Below, piece by piece: positions 18,901-24,088 of a stretch of DNA of 24,088 nt. Location of the stretch: IMG/VR virus record IMGVR_UViG_3300030099_002957; one strand, given 5' to 3'. Source of the stretch: an uncultured virus (IMG/VR IMGVR_UViG_3300030099_002957). Lineage: Duplodnaviria; Heunggongvirae; Uroviricota; Caudoviricetes. Numbering within the stretch: position 1 is the stretch's first letter; every line of letters starts with the position of its first letter. Both the position numbers and the translations under genes were made by a program. The notes below the pieces were generated by a model. It was not told the origin of the DNA. It searched no databases and was given only the letters and a program-made list of their open reading frames with translations.

Positions 18901-20790
18901 TTATTTTTCCCAGCAGTTACTAACTGATACCTCAGCTTTTAACAAACCGTTCGTTACTATCTCTAGTGCAGCCTCCTCCATCATTCTTTGCATGTTGTGT
19001 GTCCAATCAGATAAATAATCGTTTCTACATATTGTATCTATCTGATCATGCACAGTCATGACTAGCTTGACAGGCAGGTCAAATTGATTGATATGATTAC
19101 GCATCAATATCAACGCTTTCTTAGTCATATCTGCGCTAGCTCCCTGTATAGGTGTGTTTTTAGATGCACGTTCAATACTACCTAGCTCCATAGATGATGA
19201 CTTGTTATCCCATATTCTAGGATACCAGTTAGTAAACCATCTACGTCTGTTATAAGGAGGAAATGTTTTTATATACCCATATTTCTTACCAAAATTACCT
19301 AGCTTCTCCAAAAATCCTTTAATTGATGGAAAAGCTGTAAAATACTTTTCAATAAGTAATTTAGCATCGTCAACAGAAATGTTGAGAGTGTCTGCAAGTT
19401 TATGAGGACCCATGCCATAAGCCAGGCCAAAATTAATAGTTTTAACATTATTTCTTAGTTTTTTGTGGGAAGGACAATTGCACTTTTGCTTACGACTAAA
19501 ATAAGCACAATCGTCTTCACCACTATTTAACCACTGATCACCATAGACTAACTCAGCACACGTGGAGTGTAGGTCTTCACCATTCTTTAACGCCTCAATC
19601 CATACAGGATCTTTAGAACCAAATGCAATAACATTTAACTCTTGACTAGAATAGTCAGCCGAAACAAAACTCCAACCATCGGGTGCAGTGAAGCAATTCC
19701 TAAAACTATTATCAGCAGGTATTTGCTGCATGTTAGGCTTGCTACTACTTACACGGCCGGTGTCTAATATTTGATGAAAACTAGTATGTATTCTTTTATC
19801 AGAAGCTAGATTCTTAAAAAATGCATCACCATAAGATGTACACAGTTTCATAGCCTCCTTGTATTTTACATACTTGTCTATTAGTGGATATTTAAATCTG
19901 TGTTTGTACATCTGTTTACCATTTACATTATCTAAATCAGGTACAATACACTGAAACACCTCTAGCACTTGCTTTGGTGATGTCCATTTTACATCTACAT
20001 CTCTAAGCTCTTCTACAGGTGTAAACATGTCTGCTTGTATGTATTTAGCCACAAACTTTTGTAATCTGTGATCCATCTTAACCATGTTATCTAATGTAGA
20101 CATCAAAGCATCAGCTTTACTTGTATTTAAACTTTCAAGCTCTCTCCATGCTTCTGTATCTAAATCTAAGCCATTGTACTCCATGTCAGCAAAAGCCTTT
20201 ACTACCTCGTTTTCTAGTTTAACAACATTGTGCAGTTTATATTTATCTATATCTGCTTGTTGTAGCTCTTTTATTTTACATAGGTATTCTACATCCTTTG
20301 CACCATAGATTATCTGATCATCTGTAAAAGGATGTCCATGTAAATCTATAAACAAGTTTCTAACCTCCTTGTTTAGCTCTACATTTAAATATCTTTTACA
20401 TAAATCTTTTAATCCATAACCTAGAGATTTACCACAGCTTATAATTAACTCTACAAGAAATGTATCATAAATACCTTCACAGGTTATATTAGCCCATTTT
20501 TTAATAAACTTGTAATCAAACTTAGCATTGTGAAATATCTTTACAATATCATTTGATTCTAATATCTCTCGTAAAGGCTCTATACTTACAAATCTTGTAT
20601 CTATAATATATTGATTATTAGTATCACCTATCTGAAACATTATCATCTTTTTACATGTAAAGTCAAATCCTTCTGTCTCCGTGTCTACACCCAAAACTTT
20701 CTTAGTTTTACAATATTCTACTACATCATCTATAGTAGCATCTGTAAAGTTTGCGTTTAAACTCTTAGTGTTACTAATAAAGTATATCAT
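18901..20790 (-). CDS. polA: Family A DNA polymerase with 3'-5' exonuclease (no 5'-3' exonuclease domain)
   Basis: Exo motifs DTET, HNAKFD, YGAKD; TGRVSS..PNMQQIP; motif A DYSSQEL; motif B KTINFGLAYG; NTPIQG; motif C VHDQI. Confidence 0.96.
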   Translation of the reverse strand: MIYFISNTKSLNANFTDATIDDVVEYCKTKKVLGVDTETEGFDFTCKKMIMFQIGDTNNQYIIDTRFVSIEPLREILESNDIVKIFHNAKFDYKFIKKWANITCEGIYDTFLVELIISCGKSLGYGLKDLCKRYLNVELNKEVRNLFIDLHGHPFTDDQIIYGAKDVEYLCKIKELQQADIDKYKLHNVVKLENEVVKAFADMEYNGLDLDTEAWRELESLNTSKADALMSTLDNMVKMDHRLQKFVAKYIQADMFTPVEELRDVDVKWTSPKQVLEVFQCIVPDLDNVNGKQMYKHRFKYPLIDKYVKYKEAMKLCTSYGDAFFKNLASDKRIHTSFHQILDTGRVSSSKPNMQQIPADNSFRNCFTAPDGWSFVSADYSSQELNVIAFGSKDPVWIEALKNGEDLHSTCAELVYGDQWLNSGEDDCAYFSRKQKCNCPSHKKLRNNVKTINFGLAYGMGPHKLADTLNISVDDAKLLIEKYFTAFPSIKGFLEKLGNFGKKYGYIKTFPPYNRRRWFTNWYPRIWDNKSSSMELGSIERASKNTPIQGASADMTKKALILMRNHINQFDLPVKLVMTVHDQIDTICRNDYLSDWTHNMQRMMEEAALEIVTNGLLKAEVSVSNCWEK

Positions 20791-20792
20791 AA

Positions 20793-21041
20793 TTAATAAA
20801 TTTTGTTATCAGCATAATGCTCTTCTTCTTCTAACTGCTGTTGTATATGCTGATCATACTTAGCAACCAGTTTGTTGTCATCAACATACTTAACTACACT
20901 TTTAGCGAAAGACTTAACAAAAGTTTGTCCTCCAAAATTAAAGCTAGTTGAGTCTGTTAAGACGCATTTAATGTATAACTGTTTGAATCTCTCATAAGAT
21001 CCATCCATAATCATACTATAAATCCATTTCATTTGTCCCAT
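20793..21041 (-). CDS. Hypothetical protein (82 aa)
   Basis: ORF ending 2 nt before the polA start, with an A-rich leader. Confidence 0.65.
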   Translation of the reverse strand: MGQMKWIYSMIMDGSYERFKQLYIKCVLTDSTSFNFGGQTFVKSFAKSVVKYVDDNKLVAKYDQHIQQQLEEEEHYADNKIY

Positions 21042-21079
21042 TGTTTTGTGTTTAATTAATACTTGTTTAATTAGTTTAG

Positions 21080-21115
21080 AAAAATAAAGGACTATAAATT
21101 AATATAGCCCTTTAT
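21080..21115 (-). terminator. Hairpin with U-rich tail (terminator/attenuator candidate)
   Basis: - strand AUAAAGGGCUAUA-UUAAUU-UAUAGUCCUUUAU followed by UUUU. Confidence 0.5.
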
Positions 21116-21238
21116 GATTCTTACTAAAATACTGATTTTAAAGTCTTATCTGACTGGTTTTTGATTAAAGTCGTGAGTATCAGATACTTACAACATTATA
21201 TAAACAATTCTTTTATAACTTTGTACTCAATTAGTTTA

Positions 21239-21270
21239 CAAATATAACAAAAAGAACTACACTACACAAG
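21239..21270 (-). promoter_or_regulatory. Bacteroidota sigma70-type promoter facing the replication operon
   Basis: - strand -7 box TATATTTG (21239..21246) with a -33-like CTTG (21267..21270) and a 20-nt spacer; consensus is TTTG-N19-21-TAnnTTTG. Confidence 0.6.
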
Positions 21271-21302
21271 CAATGTAGAACTTTTTATTATATATTAACT
21301 AA

Positions 21303-21938
21303 TTACATGCCTACTCCCAATACCTCAACCTCATCTGCTGTTACACCTGTATTAGGTTTTACAGTAGTTTGAAGGCTAGTATCAGAAGCTAGAAATACAT
21401 GTGCAGGATTACTACCTTTTGGTAATAAATCTACATATGAGTTTCTAAATATATGCTGACCTTTGTGTAAGATCGCATCTCCTCCTTTACCTGCTCTTTT
21501 ACAAAAATGCTCAACTACATCCAATCCGTTATCCTCTGCATAGTCTTTCTGTGATTTTGTAGGCTCTAGTGTCTCCTCAAGTCTAACTCTAAAGAATACG
21601 TTGTTAAATGTAGGATTTAATATATTCAAATCCATCATCTCAACTTTTTTTCCGTTAGCTTTCTCTCCCAAATACCAGTCACCATCATCTCCAAAGTTTG
21701 TTTTAAATATTTTAGATGCATCTGCTATCTCAGCAACAGCCCAACCTCTAGCTGCTCCAGAGCTAAATCTATTATCACTAGCATTTAATGCTGTTAGTGC
21801 AGACATTGGTCTATCTTTTGATGTAACTTTCTCAGCAAACTCAAGCTGTATTTTGTCTGTTGATGTTTTGTATGCTTTTGTTATCATACATTCTCCTACT
21901 TTTAATGTGTTTAAGTCACCACTGTTTAATTCATTCAT
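21303..21938 (-). CDS. Hypothetical protein (211 aa)
   Basis: Long ORF preceded by the AATCAATTAAAC leader motif. Confidence 0.75.
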   Translation of the reverse strand: MNELNSGDLNTLKVGECMITKAYKTSTDKIQLEFAEKVTSKDRPMSALTALNASDNRFSSGAARGWAVAEIADASKIFKTNFGDDGDWYLGEKANGKKVEMMDLNILNPTFNNVFFRVRLEETLEPTKSQKDYAEDNGLDVVEHFCKRAGKGGDAILHKGQHIFRNSYVDLLPKGSNPAHVFLASDTSLQTTVKPNTGVTADEVEVLGVGM

Positions 21939-21956
21939 GTTTAATTGATTTAATTA

Positions 21957-22217
21957 TTAATAATTGTTATTGATTCTATATTCTTCAAGCTCCTTATTAG
22001 TATGTTCTGTAGTATCTACAGGATTCTCCCAATAAAATAGCTCTGGATGTACATCTTTTACATTATGTGTACAACTAGTACACTCAGCAATAAAATGTAT
22101 TGCATCCATCTTGTCTGTAAAGGTTTTGATACGTGACGATGTAATCTCATCACGATGACAGTCATGATTACCTTTGGAATCACAACCGTAGATAATTTTA
22201 ATCTCTTTCATAGGCAT
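21957..22217 (-). CDS. Hypothetical Cys/His-containing protein (86 aa)
   Basis: ORF preceded by the AATCAATTAAAC leader motif. Confidence 0.65.
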   Translation of the reverse strand: MPMKEIKIIYGCDSKGNHDCHRDEITSSRIKTFTDKMDAIHFIAECTSCTHNVKDVHPELFYWENPVDTTEHTNKELEEYRINNNY

Positions 22218-22228
22218 GTTTAATTGAT

Positions 22229-22339
22229 TTAGTTAATAATATGGTTTTCTATAAGTAATGCAACAATGATAAGTAATATCCCACAATAACTGTAGGATAA
22301 TACTCTCATTGAATATTTGTAACTATCATTTTTATACAT
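22229..22339 (-). CDS. Small hydrophobic peptide (36 aa), absent from the ORF track
   Basis: MYKNDSYKYSMRVLSYSYCGILLIIVALLIENHIIN*; TGATG coupling to the upstream gene; fills the gap. Confidence 0.55.
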   Translation of the reverse strand: MYKNDSYKYSMRVLSYSYCGILLIIVALLIENHIIN

Positions 22340-22566
22340 CATTTTACTTCATTGTCTTTCATCATCTTCTCCATTTCAACGTATAGTTTTTCATAGTCTT
22401 GCTCAAGAGCTTTGTTCTTTTCTTTTAACTCAATAATCTCAAGTTTATATTGAACAGCTTCTGTTGTTAGTCTGTCAACATCTTGCAATGCTCTTGTTAA
22501 TTCTAGATTCTTAGTTCTAATTTTTTGTTCTTCATCATAATTGATGTTGTTAATTGGTAGTGCCAT
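22339..22566 (-). CDS. Coiled-coil protein (75 aa)
   Basis: Heptad-like Leu/Glu/Lys pattern; first gene downstream of the twister ribozyme. Confidence 0.7.
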   Translation of the reverse strand: MALPINNINYDEEQKIRTKNLELTRALQDVDRLTTEAVQYKLEIIELKEKNKALEQDYEKLYVEMEKMMKDNEVK

Positions 22567-23562
22567 GTTTAATTAATTTTAGTTAATATTTTAGCTAATT
22601 GTGCTCACTCTGTATTTTCACGGGCTTGTGACCGTCCTTGGCTACATTAAGCACGAATTAGGGGATTACAAGTCCCAAAGTAATACCATCAGGTTTTTAC
22701 ACCTGTAAATCTCGATACATATTATACATCTCCCAATGTATTCTTATAATTACTAATCCACTTGGACGTCATAATTACATCAAATAATCTACTACAGATT
22801 AAAATATACTATCATCAGTCAAAGGCGTGACATCATAGATAGTTTAGTATCATACTAACAATCAGTTTGTTTTTACTTAATTATTAGTTATTACTTTAGA
22901 TGTATCCAACTGTTAAGTTAGTGAAGCTATAACATTTGTTATAACCTATTCGTCTGGATGACTATACATCTCTGTCCACTCTTGCTAGTACAAGTGTTAA
23001 CGACAGTTCTAATTCTAAGGAGTCTTGCAATACTCCCTACGCTATTCTGTTCTGGTCTCTATTACCGAGTGTGGTAGCCAGTTCCCCTATTTATCCACTT
23101 TTTACTATTAGTCTCCTGTAAGGACACACTAATAGTCATATTTAAAATAAAGAATAGTCCACATGCCTTACGGTTTACCACTGCAGGTTGTTATCCAAGA
23201 CGTTCTACTATTCTTTATTTGTGTTTAGTTAATGTTTAGGTTAAAAACTATCATGAGTGTCTTAGGTAATTATTTAGACTATTAGATACACACGACCTAA
23301 CCAAGACCATTACCCTTGGATCTCTCATGATAGTTATTATAAAACAACAACAGTAAGTTTACTACATGTTCTAGGTGAATATTAGAATATTCGATAAGTT
23401 TTAAATGTGGTTTCATCATCAGAACACTCCACTTTACCTTACCTGTTGTTGTTATAATGCAACCGTTGCCTCTATCTCTGGTCGGTTAACTACTAAGCAC
23501 CAACTAGTATTTATGCTTTTCGTGATTATTATAAGTTGCATTTGATTAGAAATGAACAGTTT
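22567..23562 (-). ncRNA. Array of tandem structured RNA domains (about 12 stem-loop units)
   Basis: No ORF of 60 aa or more. Consecutive inverted repeats with closing stems of up to 14 bp and short A/U linkers; most wobble pairs are G-U on the - strand; contains a twister ribozyme. Confidence 0.7.
22595..22661 (-). ncRNA. Twister self-cleaving ribozyme, type P1 (core 22601..22654)
   Basis: - strand GUGCU UAA UGUA GCC AAGG ACGGUCACAAGCCCGU GAAAA UACA GAG UGAGCAC aligns element by element with the rice twister as recalled (CCGCC UAA CACU GCC AAUG CCGGUCCCAAGCCCGG AUAAA AGUG GAG GGGGCGG), with compensatory changes. Confidence 0.95.
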
Positions 23563-23787
23563 CTACACTTGTTCAGGTGTTATTATTTTGTAACTATGGT
23601 TGTCCCAGAGTTTACGACTACATCTTCTTACAAGTGCAGTTGTTCTTCCTTCTAATGGAGTTTCATGTACATATTCTACAAACTTGTCATGTTTTTTAAC
23701 AAGTATACAATTAGATCTTCCAGACTCCATGTTAATTATTATACATCCTTCATTTCCTAAAGAGTATTCATTCATATTTATTCTCAT
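23563..23787 (-). CDS. Hypothetical protein (74 aa)
   Basis: ORF with A-rich leader immediately upstream of the RNA array. Confidence 0.6.
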   Translation of the reverse strand: MRINMNEYSLGNEGCIIINMESGRSNCILVKKHDKFVEYVHETPLEGRTTALVRRCSRKLWDNHSYKIITPEQV

Positions 23788-23938
23788 AGTGTTATATTGT
23801 ATTATATTAGTATTCTAGTTAATTGTCAAATTGTGTAGAAAAGTGGTGAATGTGATGTGGTACACACACTAACGAACAGTGTAATATACCACCCCACCCA
23901 TAGATTAGTAACAACATTGTTACAATCCCCACCTATAT

Positions 23939-23965
23939 AAAAAAAAGAAGAAGTCCTTAGACTTC
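23939..23965 (-). terminator. Intrinsic terminator overlapping a stop codon
   Basis: - strand GAAGUC-UAAG-GACUUC followed by UUCUUUUUUUU. Confidence 0.7.
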
Positions 23966-24088
23966 AACTTTTAGTGGTTTACCAGAATTGATTTCGTCCC
24001 AACGGGCGAAAGCAGATTCAAGACTGGTGTACACAACTTTTTCTTTGGTGTGAGTATCAGTTTTGGAATCAAAGGATTCTTCCGTGAT
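23957..24088 (-). CDS. 3' end of a gene truncated by the window edge
   Basis: Open frame ITEESFDSKTDTHTKEKVVYTSLESAFARWDEINSGKPLKVEV* ending in a terminator. Confidence 0.6.
   Translation of the reverse strand: MTEESFDSKTDTHTKEKVVYTSLESAFARWDEINSGKPLKVEV

Noticed and set aside
23010..23100. Pistol ribozyme (AUAAAUAG...AGCG followed by a stem)
   Set aside because: No P1 hairpin or pseudoknot before AUAAAUAG, and no GU cleavage site followed by a P2 partner.
23407..23433. Hammerhead ribozyme (CUGAUGA...GAAAC on - strand)
   Set aside because: Only one nucleotide separates CUGAUGA and GAAA, so there is no stem II, and there is no correctly placed NUH cleavage triplet with stems I and III.
23480..23510. 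preQ1-II riboswitch resemblance (UUGGUGCUUAG in a hairpin)
   Set aside because: Lacks the pyrimidine-rich loop pairing with a ribosome-binding site and has no downstream gene; probably coincidental.
22567..23562. CRISPR array or tRNA cluster
   Set aside because: No repeated unit of constant sequence and spacing; no cloverleaf with a TTCG T-loop was seen.
83..23818. Short ORFs antisense or out-of-frame within major genes (e.g. 83..307, 4161..4499, 6712..6912, 12026..12250, 17272..17745, 21601..21948)
   Set aside because: Shadow ORFs overlapping well-supported genes, without recognisable motifs or leaders.
23857..23893. Hairpin ribozyme loop B word GUGGUAUAUUAC
   Set aside because: The opposing strand is GUGUGUAC rather than AGAAACA, and no loop A is evident.
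23992..24011. Hairpin TTTCGTCC-CAAC-GGGCGAAA as a hammerhead stem II
   Set aside because: No CUGANGA before it, and it lies within an open coding frame.
1..24088. Stop-codon reassignment (TAG or TGA) as in some Crassvirales
   Set aside because: Conserved genes are intact in code 11, and both TGA and TAG end tightly packed genes.

Overview
AT-rich segment of a lytic dsDNA phage, most consistent with a crAss-like (Crassvirales-type) phage of Bacteroidota: Bacteroidota-type TAnnTTTG promoter, A/T-rich leaders without Shine-Dalgarno, crAss-type primase/UDG/SSB/Sak4-like/DnaB/SF2 helicase/PolA gene set. The 3' end of a giant + strand gene (likely virion cargo/ejection protein, 1..2967) converges at a bidirectional terminator on a long - strand replication/repair module: family A DNA polymerase, uracil-DNA glycosylase, SF2 helicase, initiator-like protein, DnaB, AAA_24 ATPase, SSB, primase, metallophosphoesterase, PD-(D/E)XK nuclease, spore photoproduct lyase-like radical SAM enzyme, vWA/metallopeptidase + MoxR ATPase, 5'-3' exonuclease and a DUF1599-like protein. 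The most striking feature is a ~1 kb stretch with no ORF of 60 aa or more (22567..23562), built from about a dozen tandem, non-identical stem-loop domains. The last domain on the - strand transcript is a canonical type-P1 twister self-cleaving ribozyme (22601..22654). I could not assign the other domains to known families; they are candidate novel ncRNAs or ribozymes.
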